Positions 19,783 through 28,764 of a stretch of 64,000 nt of DNA are shown piece by piece (within the stretch, counting starts at the first letter, position 1; the number at the start of each line of letters is the position of its first letter). Origin of the DNA: Deltaproteobacteria bacterium (GTDB lineage Bacteria; Myxococcota_A; Polyangia; JAAYKL01); NCBI GenBank assembly GCA_029565915.1, contig JAKQNG010000197.1, positions 12,759-76,758 of the forward strand, written 5' to 3'. Below the pieces are notes generated by a model that ran no database searches, was not told where the DNA came from, and saw nothing but the letters and a program-made list of their open reading frames with translations. Both the position numbers and the translations under genes were made by a program.

Positions 19783-21354
19783 ATGAAACCTTATTTATTT
19801 ACAGCGATTCTGTTTCTGGCGGCCTGCGGCAAGGTCGATGTCCCGGCAGAGAAGGCCCCCGCGGGTTCAGCGACTCCACCCTCCCCCACCGGCGACGGAG
19901 GGAAAGAATCTTCCGCACAGACCGACGACGGATTTCCCCGCGCGGCGGATGCCCATTTCGGCCACCTGCCTTCTACCCTCATCCGCAAGCCCCACAAAAT
20001 TGCGCGGATCGATCGCCCCTCCGTGGTGCTGATTGTCATCGACACCCTGAACGCGAAACACATGTCGACCTACGGTTACGAGCGCCCCACCACGCCGCGC
20101 ATCGACGCCCTGGCGCAGAAGGGCATCCGGTTCACCGGTTACGTTTCGAATTCGTCATGGACCCGCCCGTCCTTTACCACAATCATCACCGGACTGCCCA
20201 AGCGGGAGCACGGAGTGGAGCTGGCGAAAAGGGACGTGGACAGGGACATCACCACCATTGCCGAGTACTTCCGGGCCGCCGGCTACCGGACCGCCGGTTT
20301 CGTGGGCAATCCGCTGGTCCGCGGCGTGTGGGGCTTCAACCAGGGATATCAGGTGTACGGGGATACGGCGTCGATGAACAAGGCGTTTCCGCCGGACGGC
20401 CGGGTGGCGCAGCTCGCCGTGGACTGGCTGAAAAAGAACGCGGACGCCCCGTTCTTTCTAAAAATATTTTTTACGGCACCCCACGCGCCCTACCGGCCCC
20501 TGGACAGCGCAAAGCATTTTGTCAACACCGTCGAAAGAGGCACCGTGGTGGAGTATCCCTTCCGCGAATACGCGCAACCCATGCCCCGGGCCGACCATGA
20601 AAAAACCGTGGCTGCCTACGACGACGAAGTGCGCTATGCCGACGCCCAGGTGGGCCGCATCGTGGACGCCCTGCAGGAGCTGGGAGCTTTGTCCCGCACG
20701 GCCATCGTCGTCACCGCGGACCACGGCGAAGTCTTTGGCGACCACAACTGCTGGCAGCACACCTACCACATGTGGGAAGCGGCCCTGCGGGTGCCCTTTG
20801 TGCTGTACCTGCCCTTTTCGGAAACGACGGGGCTGCGGGATGACCGACCCTTCACCCACGTGGATATCCTGCCCACCCTGCTGGACATCGCGGGCATCGC
20901 GCCCGATGGCCTGCGGCCCGCGGGGCTGTCCATCGTGGACGCCCTCGCGCGCAACACCGATCTGTCCGACCGCATCCTGCTGTCCCAGTACAACGCCCAC
21001 GGCATCCGGCGGCAGGCGGTCCGGCAGGGCGCCTTCAAGCTCGTCCACCACCATCCGGTCAGCGCTGACGCCCTCGCCCACCTGAACAGCCTCCACGAGG
21101 ACATTCCCCACGAGGATCCCGCGGACCTGAAGACCCTGGCCACGGACGGCGAGCGCTGGGAGTTCTTCGATCTGGCCGCGGACCCGGGGGAACAGAGGAG
21201 CCTCCACACCACCATGAAGGAGGCCCCTGCCTACCCGGCCCTGATGGACGCCCTTCAACGCGAGCTCGAAGGGGACGACGAGAACAGCGCCCTGTCGAAG
21301 GAGCTGCTGGAGGCCCTGGAGGCGGCGGGCTACATCATGCACGACTCGCCTTGA
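19783..21354 (+). CDS. Sulfatase-family (alkaline-phosphatase superfamily) lipoprotein
   Basis: Lipobox LAAC. Sulfatase N-domain blocks IDTLNAKHMSTYGY and TADHGE. The region where the canonical C/S-x-P-x-R motif should be reads SSWTRPS, which is non-canonical. Confidence 0.75.
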   Translation: MKPYLFTAILFLAACGKVDVPAEKAPAGSATPPSPTGDGGKESSAQTDDGFPRAADAHFGHLPSTLIRKPHKIARIDRPSVVLIVIDTLNAKHMSTYGYERPTTPRIDALAQKGIRFTGYVSNSSWTRPSFTTIITGLPKREHGVELAKRDVDRDITTIAEYFRAAGYRTAGFVGNPLVRGVWGFNQGYQVYGDTASMNKAFPPDGRVAQLAVDWLKKNADAPFFLKIFFTAPHAPYRPLDSAKHFVNTVERGTVVEYPFREYAQPMPRADHEKTVAAYDDEVRYADAQVGRIVDALQELGALSRTAIVVTADHGEVFGDHNCWQHTYHMWEAALRVPFVLYLPFSETTGLRDDRPFTHVDILPTLLDIAGIAPDGLRPAGLSIVDALARNTDLSDRILLSQYNAHGIRRQAVRQGAFKLVHHHPVSADALAHLNSLHEDIPHEDPADLKTLATDGERWEFFDLAADPGEQRSLHTTMKEAPAYPALMDALQRELEGDDENSALSKELLEALEAAGYIMHDSP

Positions 21355-21421
21355 CACCCGTAGCACCCGATGACATATCCGTAGCACGGAGGCCTGACAC
21401 CCCTTTTAAAGGAGGTTCCTG

Positions 21422-22021
21422 ATGACGACAATCGAACGCCCGGCGGCCTTCGTCAGCGCCGCAACCCTGCTGCTGGTGGCCCTGCCGGTCCTCGCCCACA
21501 CGGACGCGGGGTCCGTGTCGGGTTTCGCCTCGGGATTTCTGCACCCCGTTTCCGGGCTCGACCACGTGGCCGCCATGGCCGCCGTGGGCCTGTGGGGGGC
21601 CTTTCTGGGACAGCCCGCCATCTGGCTGCTGCCGGTGGTGTTTCCCATGGTGATGGCCCTGGGGGGTGTGCTCGGCATCGCCGGCATTCCCGTGCCCGGC
21701 GTGGAAATCCTCATCGCCCTGTCGGGGATGGTCCTCGGTTCCATGGTGGTCTTCAGGGTCAAGCCGCCCATTGCCGTTGCCGCCGCCCTGGTGGGGCTCT
21801 TTGCGATTTTCCACGGCCACGCCCACGGCATGGAGCTGCCCGGCGCCGCCAGCCCCCTTGGCTACAGCGCGGGATTCGTCATCTGCACGGGGCTCATCCA
21901 CCTGTCCGGCATCGCCTTCGGCCTGCTGACAAAATGGAAAAAGGGCGAAATCGCCGTGCGCATTCTGGGCGGCGTCATCGTCCTCGCCGGTGCGTACTTC
22001 CTTGTGAACAGCCTGCGATGA
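21422..22021 (+). CDS. hupE: HupE/UreJ-family Ni/Co transporter
   Basis: Signal peptide plus HPVSGLDH (HPxxGxDH) and FHGHAHG motifs. Six TMs. AAAGGAGG RBS. Confidence 0.85.
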   Translation: MTTIERPAAFVSAATLLLVALPVLAHTDAGSVSGFASGFLHPVSGLDHVAAMAAVGLWGAFLGQPAIWLLPVVFPMVMALGGVLGIAGIPVPGVEILIALSGMVLGSMVVFRVKPPIAVAAALVGLFAIFHGHAHGMELPGAASPLGYSAGFVICTGLIHLSGIAFGLLTKWKKGEIAVRILGGVIVLAGAYFLVNSLR

Positions 22022-22614
22022 ACACCCGGATCTGCGCGATCGCCCTCCTCCTCACCCTCGTGCCCGCCACGGCGCTGGCCCATGCGCCCATCCGGGGCAT
22101 CGGCGATTTTTACAACGGCATCCTCCACCCGCTGATGGTGCCCGCCCACCTCATCGTCCTCATTGCCCTGGGGCTGCTCATCGGACAGCAGATGGCGGAC
22201 CGGATTACGCTGGCCCCCCGGGTGTTCATGGCCGGCCTCCTGCCGGGCCTCGCCGCCGCGACCCTGTTGCCGGTATTCGACTGCGAACCCTTTCTGCTGC
22301 CGGCGGCCCTCGCCTGCGCCATGGCCTGCGCCCTGAAACCCGCCGTGAAGCCGGTCTTAATTCTTTTGGCGGCCGCCCTCTGCGGACTGCTGCTGGGAAT
22401 GGACTCCGCACCTGCCGACCTTCCGCTCCGGGGCCGGCTCATGTCCCTTGGCGGCACGTTCATCGGCGCGTCCCTGTCCCTGTTTTACCTGGCCCTCCTG
22501 TGCACGAAGGCCCGCCGGCCGTGGCAGCAGGTGGGCATCCGGGTGGTTGCCTCGTGGACCGCTGCCAGCGCCCTGCTGGTGCTGGCCCTGCGACTGCTGT
22601 CGAAAAAGGGTTGA
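22018..22614 (+). CDS. HupE/UreJ-like paralog with degenerate metal-binding motifs
   Basis: ATGA overlap with the hupE stop and the same topology, but HPLMVPAH replaces HPxxGxDH and there is no HGxAHG. Confidence 0.55.
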   Translation: MNTRICAIALLLTLVPATALAHAPIRGIGDFYNGILHPLMVPAHLIVLIALGLLIGQQMADRITLAPRVFMAGLLPGLAAATLLPVFDCEPFLLPAALACAMACALKPAVKPVLILLAAALCGLLLGMDSAPADLPLRGRLMSLGGTFIGASLSLFYLALLCTKARRPWQQVGIRVVASWTAASALLVLALRLLSKKG

Positions 22615-22618
22615 AAAA

Positions 22619-23791
22619 TCAGAAGCTGGCGGTGAGGAATGCGCCCTTCAGGTCCGGCGACAGGACGGGCGTAAACGAGAGGCGGGGCTGCTTCGGGGCT
22701 GCGGCGAGGGGCGTCATGTTGCGCGTTTTGGCATACTGGACGAAAAAGACGATGCTGGTGATGATGAACGCACCGCCCACGGCAAAGAAAACGATGGCGC
22801 CCGCGTTGTTGGACTTCATAGCGGCCTCGGACTTGTCCATGTAACCAGAGATTCGGTACCACTCGGTCTGGTAATCATCGGCGTTATCCAGAACACATAC
22901 TGTATCTGGGTCGTCGTCCAAACATTTAAAACGTTCTGCAACTAGTTCATTGCGCTGCTCATCCCAGGACACGAAGACTTCCATTTCAGACTGGGAGCGC
23001 AGGAGAAAGCCCACGCCGCCGAGGGCAAGGCCTACTCCGACGGGCATCAGCACGCTGGCGGTGATGAGAAATGCGCGCTTTCGTCTCTGAATCTGATCCG
23101 CGGTGAGGGGTTCCGGCTCCGGTTCCGGTTCTTCGTAGACGGGCATGGTCGCCCGGGGCTGCGGCTGAGGCTGCGGCTGCGGCGCCACGGGGCCCACCTC
23201 GATGGGTGCATCGTCGGACGGGGCCGTGTACTGGGGGGGCGGCATCTCCCCCTGCCGGGACGCCAGTGCCGCCTTCTGGGCCTGGGACAGGGGCAGGTAC
23301 TGGGCCGAGAGCACATAGCGGATGGCCGCGTGCATGCCCGCCTCAATCTGCCGCAGGTCGCCGCCCTGCACGATGAAGCGCTTGGCCGACAGCACGGTCT
23401 GGTCACTGGTGTCGAGGAGCTTCACGAACCCGATGGTGCTGTTCTTGTAGGTGGAAAGCTCGCACAGCAGCGCGATGCTCGCGTTCGTTTTCTGGGCCGC
23501 CGTGAGGGCGCAGTCCTCGTTGCACCGACCGCTCGGCGTCTTCGCCGCCTGCTTTGCCTGGGGCTTGGGAATGAGCGAAACGTGTCCGGCCACCCGCAGG
23601 GAAGCCGATTCGAACATGGCGTCCAGCAGGTAGTCCGCGTCGCCGGCCCCGAGCTCCATGGAACCGCTCAGGGGAAGGACGATGAGCTTCGGTTTGTCCT
23701 GGGCAGCGGCTTCTGACGGAAGTGCCAGGGCGCCGACCACAAGGGCGGCAAGGGACAGTCTGATAAACGATGCAAGCGGGTGATGGGTCAT
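22619..23791 (-). CDS. Hypothetical secreted/membrane protein with PQ and PE dipeptide repeats
   Basis: Signal peptide MTHHPLASFIRLSLAALVVGALALPSEAAAQ. Carries PQPQPQPQ and PEPEPEPEP runs and two C-terminal hydrophobic helices. Confidence 0.45.
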   Translation of the reverse strand: MTHHPLASFIRLSLAALVVGALALPSEAAAQDKPKLIVLPLSGSMELGAGDADYLLDAMFESASLRVAGHVSLIPKPQAKQAAKTPSGRCNEDCALTAAQKTNASIALLCELSTYKNSTIGFVKLLDTSDQTVLSAKRFIVQGGDLRQIEAGMHAAIRYVLSAQYLPLSQAQKAALASRQGEMPPPQYTAPSDDAPIEVGPVAPQPQPQPQPRATMPVYEEPEPEPEPLTADQIQRRKRAFLITASVLMPVGVGLALGGVGFLLRSQSEMEVFVSWDEQRNELVAERFKCLDDDPDTVCVLDNADDYQTEWYRISGYMDKSEAAMKSNNAGAIVFFAVGGAFIITSIVFFVQYAKTRNMTPLAAAPKQPRLSFTPVLSPDLKGAFLTASF

Positions 23792-23894
23792 GATATCTCC
23801 TTGAATCAGATGGATGCGCGTCCGGGTTTCCGCAAGGAGGGCTCCGGACGCCCGCACTCAGAAACGCACATTACCGGAAAGCGGGAATTCCCGT

Positions 23895-23935
23895 ACAGTT
23901 AAAATTTAAAAAAGCTCCGACGGGCCGGCTCCGGC
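23895..23935 (-). terminator. Hairpin+T-run terminator overlapping the last codons of the pectate-lyase gene
   Basis: On the minus strand: GCCGGAGCCGGCCCGTCGGAGC followed by TTTTTTAA. The stop codon TAA is embedded in the T-run. Confidence 0.35.
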
Positions 23936-25072
23936 GAGGATGGCCGGGACATCCGCCGCCGCGTTTCGAACGTCGAGATACGGGTAGGGCGGCACCAGGG
24001 TGCAGGTGGGGGTGTCGGCCAGGGTCGCGTAGTCGCCAAAATCGTTGCCGAGCAAATCCACGGCGCCCAGGGTGTCGAGGGTGCTGCCGCTGCCGTCGGT
24101 GATGGTGGGCGAGGCGATGCCCGAAAAGACGTTGTGTTCCACGCGGACGCAGGCACCCATACGGGCGCTGATGGCGGTACCTTCGGGGTCCTCACCGGCG
24201 GGCGGGTTTTCGAACAGGTTGTTGAACAGGTGGGCCCTGCCGAAGCGGATGCTCAGGGCCACGGGCCGCACGCCGGAAAACCGGTTGTGGTGAAAGGTGA
24301 CGCGCAGGGCTCCCGCGTCCCCGGTGGCGTCGTCCGAGGCCCCCACGTACATGGCCTTCACGTGGTCGCGGAAAATGCACCAGGACACGGTGATGCAGTC
24401 GGCGCCGTTGGAGATGTCGAGGAGGCTGTCAAAGGGCGTGCTACTGCTGTCACCGGTGCCGTCGTTCCAGATTTCGCAGTGGTCCACCCAGATGTGGTGG
24501 GAGCCGTCTGCGATGCGGATGCCGTCCTGGTCGTCGTCCTGCACGTGATGGATGCGCAGGTTCCGGATGATGACGTTGCTGCCGCCGGTGATGGAGATGC
24601 CGAAGCCGCTCAATTCCGCGTCGCCCGACGTGCCGATGATGGACACGTTCGATCGGTTGGAGATGACCACCCGGCCGGCGTCGTGGGCAATGGGTCCGTT
24701 CACGTGGATGATGAGAGGCGCGTCGCCGCCTTCGTCGATGGCTGCCTGCATGTCCGCGCCGCTGGTCGCGACCACGGGATCCGTGTCCCCGTCGCCCCCC
24801 GTGGTGCCGTCCCGGTCCAGGGCGTTGATGGTGGCGAATCCCCGCAGGCCCGGAACCGCGTCGTCGACAAAGGTGTCCGTGTCCGGATCCGACGGGGAGT
24901 CGGTGGCCGGCGGGTCCGTGTCCAGGGTATCCGTGTCCACCGTGTCACTGCCGGTGCCGGAATCCGTGCCCGGGACCGTGTCGTAAACGGCCGCGACGGG
25001 TTCGATGGTCCGGGAATCGCATCCCGGAAGGAGGACGGCGCCGATCAGAGCGAAGAATCGTATGCGCAGCAT
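23906..25072 (-). CDS. Pectate lyase (PL1 family) lipoprotein
   Basis: Lipobox LLPGC, a D/T/S-rich linker, and PL1 catalytic blocks (NVIIRNLRIHH, WVDHCE, FHHNRF). The stop codon overlaps a hairpin+T-run terminator. Confidence 0.8.
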   Translation of the reverse strand: MLRIRFFALIGAVLLPGCDSRTIEPVAAVYDTVPGTDSGTGSDTVDTDTLDTDPPATDSPSDPDTDTFVDDAVPGLRGFATINALDRDGTTGGDGDTDPVVATSGADMQAAIDEGGDAPLIIHVNGPIAHDAGRVVISNRSNVSIIGTSGDAELSGFGISITGGSNVIIRNLRIHHVQDDDQDGIRIADGSHHIWVDHCEIWNDGTGDSSSTPFDSLLDISNGADCITVSWCIFRDHVKAMYVGASDDATGDAGALRVTFHHNRFSGVRPVALSIRFGRAHLFNNLFENPPAGEDPEGTAISARMGACVRVEHNVFSGIASPTITDGSGSTLDTLGAVDLLGNDFGDYATLADTPTCTLVPPYPYLDVRNAAADVPAILAGAGPSELF

Positions 25073-26097
25073 TACCACAGGGTCAGCTCCACCATCAGGT
25101 TCATGGCCAGCCAGGGATTGCCCGGAGAGGCCACATAGCGCCCGGCCATTTCCAGGCGATGGCGGCGCAGGGCATATCCCGCCTGCACATCGAAGCGCAT
25201 GGACACAAACTTTGACATCCGCGCGACGAGGCCCGTGCGCACCCACGGCGTAAAGCCTGCGGCGGTGGTTTCCCGGGCCGACAGGGACAGCAGGCCCGGC
25301 TCGCTGAACCGCTGGTTCACTTCGCCCCTGGTGCGCAGGATGAGCGCGCCGGCGCCCAGTCCGAAGAGGGGCCGGATGCGGTAGTCCGGTGCCAGGGCAA
25401 AGAAGGTGGCGTCGCCGCCGACGACAAAGGGCACGATGATGGCGCTGCCCTCGGGCTCCGAGATGCGGTGGCGGGAAAGGGGCGCGATGCCACTGACGCT
25501 GAGGAAGAGCCGTCCTGCCAGGAGGACGCCGAGGGCCGCGGACACGTTGGCCGAAATGCCCGTGCGGGCACCAAGGAAGGTAAAGCCGGGTCCCAGGACC
25601 ACCTGCAGCCGGGGGGCGGTTGGTTGGTCCTTCGCCGGAGGCGCCGAAAACGCGGTGGCCGCAGCGGAGGGCGGGACTTCGCCGGCGGGTCTGTGCCGGG
25701 CGTGGATTTCCATGAGGCTGGCCCGCAGCAGCTCCACGGCCGCGAGCACCACCAGAGGTTCCAGCGGTTCTTCGCCGGGCGCGATGTCGATGGTACGGAT
25801 GACCACCTTGTCTGTCACCCGGTCGGCCACCCACACCTGCACCGTGCGCCCGGACAGGCTTGCCCGGATGGCCGCAGCTGCATCCGCCTCCCGCGCCGCG
25901 GACGCGATATCCTGCCCGTCGTCCGTCTGTACTTCTGCATCGAACCCGGCGGTGGCCAGCTCCCGCACCAGCCGGTGGGCCGTGTCATCTCCTTGACGGG
26001 CGAGGACGACGACCCGGTTCTCCGCCGCAAAGGACAAGGTGGACGCCAGCATCAGCGCCAGCAGGGCGACGGCGGCAGGGACGTATGGCTTTGTCAT
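25072..26097 (-). CDS. Hypothetical secreted beta-rich protein, translationally coupled (TAATG) to the downstream pectate lyase
   Basis: Signal peptide [26 protein letters not shown] and a C-terminus ...MVELTLW typical of OM beta-barrels. No recognisable family. Confidence 0.45.
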   Translation of the reverse strand: MTKPYVPAAVALLALMLASTLSFAAENRVVVLARQGDDTAHRLVRELATAGFDAEVQTDDGQDIASAAREADAAAAIRASLSGRTVQVWVADRVTDKVVIRTIDIAPGEEPLEPLVVLAAVELLRASLMEIHARHRPAGEVPPSAAATAFSAPPAKDQPTAPRLQVVLGPGFTFLGARTGISANVSAALGVLLAGRLFLSVSGIAPLSRHRISEPEGSAIIVPFVVGGDATFFALAPDYRIRPLFGLGAGALILRTRGEVNQRFSEPGLLSLSARETTAAGFTPWVRTGLVARMSKFVSMRFDVQAGYALRRHRLEMAGRYVASPGNPWLAMNLMVELTLW

Positions 26098-26224
26098 GGG
26101 CATCGGGTGCAGCTTACCATTTCCGGGCATCGCCGAACAGATCTGGCACTCATCCGCAGCGGCGGGGCACTTCTGGTGCAGAACCGCCCGGCGGCGGTCT
26201 TCTCACTGTTTAAAGGAGTATCAG

Positions 26225-28063
26225 ATGAAAAGTGCCATTCGATGGGTTCTCTGTTTTCTGGCCATCCTGATTCCCGCCTGTAACGGCGGCACGGATGCCG
26301 CTGCCGTGGACGGCGATGCGGATACGGACAGCGATGCGGACACCGACGCCGACAGCGACACCGACACCGACACCGACGCCGACAGCGACAGCGACAGCGA
26401 TGCCGACAGCGACAGCGATGCCGACACGGATGCGGACAGTGATTCAGACAGCGACACCGACGCCGACACGGATGCGGACAGTGATTCAGACAGCGACACC
26501 GATACGGATGCCGACACGGACAGCGATGGGGACACGGACACAATGGAACCGGTCACGCTGATCATCGACGAACTGGATGCGGGCTTCTGCTCCCTGTCCG
26601 AAGAAATCGAGAATGAACACACGGGCTACACCGGTTCCGGATATGTGAACACCATCAACGCGGCGAGCAGCGCCATCGAGTGGGCCGTGGCATCACCGGT
26701 GGCCGGGACGGTTACCCTTTCGTGGCGGTATGCGACCACGACGGATCGGCCGGCGGATGTCCGGGTCAACGGCGTGGTAGTGGTGGACGATCTGGCCTTT
26801 GACGCCACCGGCGCATGGGCCACCTGGGCCGTGGCCTCCACCTCCGCGGACCTGGCGGCGGGCGTCAACCTCATCCGGTTGGAAGCGACCACCGCCGACG
26901 GCCTCCCGAATATCGATTCCCTCACAGTGGACGGCATGGGCATTTCTGCCGGCGACTGCGGCGGCGATGGAGATACCGACACCGACACTGACACGGATAC
27001 CGACACGGACACGGACACCGACACCGACACGGACACCGACACGGACACCGACACCGACACGGATACCGACACCGACACGGATACCGACACCGACACCGAC
27101 GTCGACGTCGGCGTGATCCGCATCACGGATACCGTTCCCGGCTGGGCTTCCGTTCCGGTCTCCGGCCTGCCTTCCGGAACCACGGGGGGCGGTACGAATC
27201 TCGCCGGCGCCATCACTGTGAGCAACATGACGGCCCTGCAGAACGCAGCGGAGGCGGACGGCGCGGCCATCATCCTGGTGCAGCCGGGCACCTACACGGG
27301 ATCCCTGGAGCCGGCGGCCAATAAAACAATCATCGGGACCGCACCGGGAGTGGTGATTGCGGGGCGCATCCGCCTCTCCGGCGAAGATGTGTTCAACGTC
27401 ATCATCCGCAACCTGGCCGTGCGGGGCAACACCTGCTCCTCCTATGATGAATGCCGTGCGGGAGACGACGCGGTGGCTGTGGAAAACAAGGCCCATCACG
27501 TGTGGCTCGACCACATCGACATCGCGGACGGGCAGGACGGCAACTGCGACTTCTCCAAGGAAGCAGACTACATCACCACATCGTTCAGCCGGTTCCGCTA
27601 CACCTACAACAAGGAACACCGGTTCTCGAACCTCATTTCCAGCAGCGATGATTCCACCGCGGACGCGGACAACCTGCGCATCACCTACATGAACTGCTGG
27701 TGGGGCGAGCGGGTGAACCAGCGCCAGCCAAGGGGACGATTCGGCGACGTGCACCTGTTCAACAACTTCCACAACTCCGGCGACGACGGGCAGATTGTCC
27801 ACGGGCCCGGGGTGCAGATTTCGATGATCATCGAGAACTGCTACTACGAGGTTCCCTCCGGCACGGAAGCCATCAAGATCTACGATGCGTCCGCCACCAT
27901 CCGGGCAACGGGCAACGCGGGAACGGCCACAGACATGAACATGACCGTGGGCTCCGTGTTCACCATTCCCTACGACTACACCCTGCTGCCTGCCGCATCG
28001 GTGAAGGCCGCGGTCACCGCTTCTGTCGGCGGTGCCGGCAACACCTGCACCTTCGCAAACTGA
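26225..28063 (+). CDS. Modular pectate lyase (PL1) with CBM6/35-like domain and two (Asp-Thr/Ser)n linkers
   Basis: Lipobox LIPAC, a (DT/DS)~45 linker, a CBM-like beta-sandwich ([21 protein letters not shown]), (DT)~30, then the PL1 domain ([27 protein letters not shown]). Confidence 0.85.
   Translation: MKSAIRWVLCFLAILIPACNGGTDAAAVDGDADTDSDADTDADSDTDTDTDADSDSDSDADSDSDADTDADSDSDSDTDADTDADSDSDSDTDTDADTDSDGDTDTMEPVTLIIDELDAGFCSLSEEIENEHTGYTGSGYVNTINAASSAIEWAVASPVAGTVTLSWRYATTTDRPADVRVNGVVVVDDLAFDATGAWATWAVASTSADLAAGVNLIRLEATTADGLPNIDSLTVDGMGISAGDCGGDGDTDTDTDTDTDTDTDTDTDTDTDTDTDTDTDTDTDTDTDTDTDVDVGVIRITDTVPGWASVPVSGLPSGTTGGGTNLAGAITVSNMTALQNAAEADGAAIILVQPGTYTGSLEPAANKTIIGTAPGVVIAGRIRLSGEDVFNVIIRNLAVRGNTCSSYDECRAGDDAVAVENKAHHVWLDHIDIADGQDGNCDFSKEADYITTSFSRFRYTYNKEHRFSNLISSSDDSTADADNLRITYMNCWWGERVNQRQPRGRFGDVHLFNNFHNSGDDGQIVHGPGVQISMIIENCYYEVPSGTEAIKIYDASATIRATGNAGTATDMNMTVGSVFTIPYDYTLLPAASVKAAVTASVGGAGNTCTFAN
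26320..26530. repeat. Simple-sequence repeat (gacacc/gacagc/gatgcc)n encoding the (DT/DS/DA)n linker
   Basis: Long imperfect hexanucleotide repeat visible directly in the sequence. Confidence 0.8.
26975..27105. repeat. Near-perfect (gacacc)n / (gacacg) repeat encoding (DT)~30
   Basis: Roughly 20 tandem GACACN hexamers visible directly in the sequence. Confidence 0.85.
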
Positions 28064-28166
28064 CCCGGAACTGTATCCGTTCATCGTACAGGTTGAAGAA
28101 GTGTTCTTTTTCTGTGAATCATCGCGCAGAGAAATCTGACACAAACCATTTTCAAGGGAGTGGAAC

Positions 28167-28742
28167 ATGAAAGTGATTGCATTCAATGGAAGTCCGCGGC
28201 GCGGTGGCAACACGCGGGCGATGATCGACGCGGTGTGCACTGTTCTGAATGGCGAGGGCATCGAAACGGAGGTGGTGCAGCTTGGCGGGGAGCTGCAGCG
28301 CGGCTGCCGGGGCTGCTATGTCTGCCGGGATCGGCTGGACCAGCGCTGCGTGTACGACAAGGACATCCTGAACGAATCCATTCAGAAAATGATGGCGGCG
28401 GACGGCATTCTGCTGGGTTCCCCCACGTACTTTTCCGACGTCACCGCCGAGATGAAAGCCTTCATCGACCGGGCGGGATTTGTCACCCGCGGCAACGGGT
28501 TCCTGCTGCAAAAAAGGGTGGGCGCGGCGATCGTGGCGGCCCGTCGGGGCGGTGCGATTCACTCCTTTGACACGATGAACCACTTTTTCACCATCTCGCA
28601 GATGATCGTGGTGGGGTCCAGCTACTGGAACGACGGCATCGGCGGCCGACCGGAAGGTGAAGTCACCGGTGACGAAGAGGGAATGAAGACCCTGCGGACC
28701 CTGGGGGAAAACATGTCCTGGCTTTTAAAGAAACTCGCCTGA
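28167..28742 (+). CDS. Iron-sulfur flavoprotein / NADPH-dependent FMN reductase-like
   Basis: Flavodoxin-like fold (MKVIAFNGSPRRGGNT) plus a CRGCYVCRDRLDQRC cysteine cluster. Confidence 0.7.
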   Translation: MKVIAFNGSPRRGGNTRAMIDAVCTVLNGEGIETEVVQLGGELQRGCRGCYVCRDRLDQRCVYDKDILNESIQKMMAADGILLGSPTYFSDVTAEMKAFIDRAGFVTRGNGFLLQKRVGAAIVAARRGGAIHSFDTMNHFFTISQMIVVGSSYWNDGIGGRPEGEVTGDEEGMKTLRTLGENMSWLLKKLA

Positions 28743-28764
28743 ATAAAGGAAGCGATTGTGGCGC

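Noticed and set aside
20458-21387. 309-aa minus-strand ORF
   Set aside because: Antisense to the sulfatase-like gene.
24134-25138. 334-aa + ORF; also the 642-aa minus ORF extension 25073-25834
   Set aside because: Antisense or out-of-frame relative to the pectate lyase and the upstream secreted protein. The lipoprotein signal fixes the lyase start at 25072.
26693-28261. 522-aa minus ORF
   Set aside because: Antisense to pectate lyase 2; G/R/V-rich with no domains.
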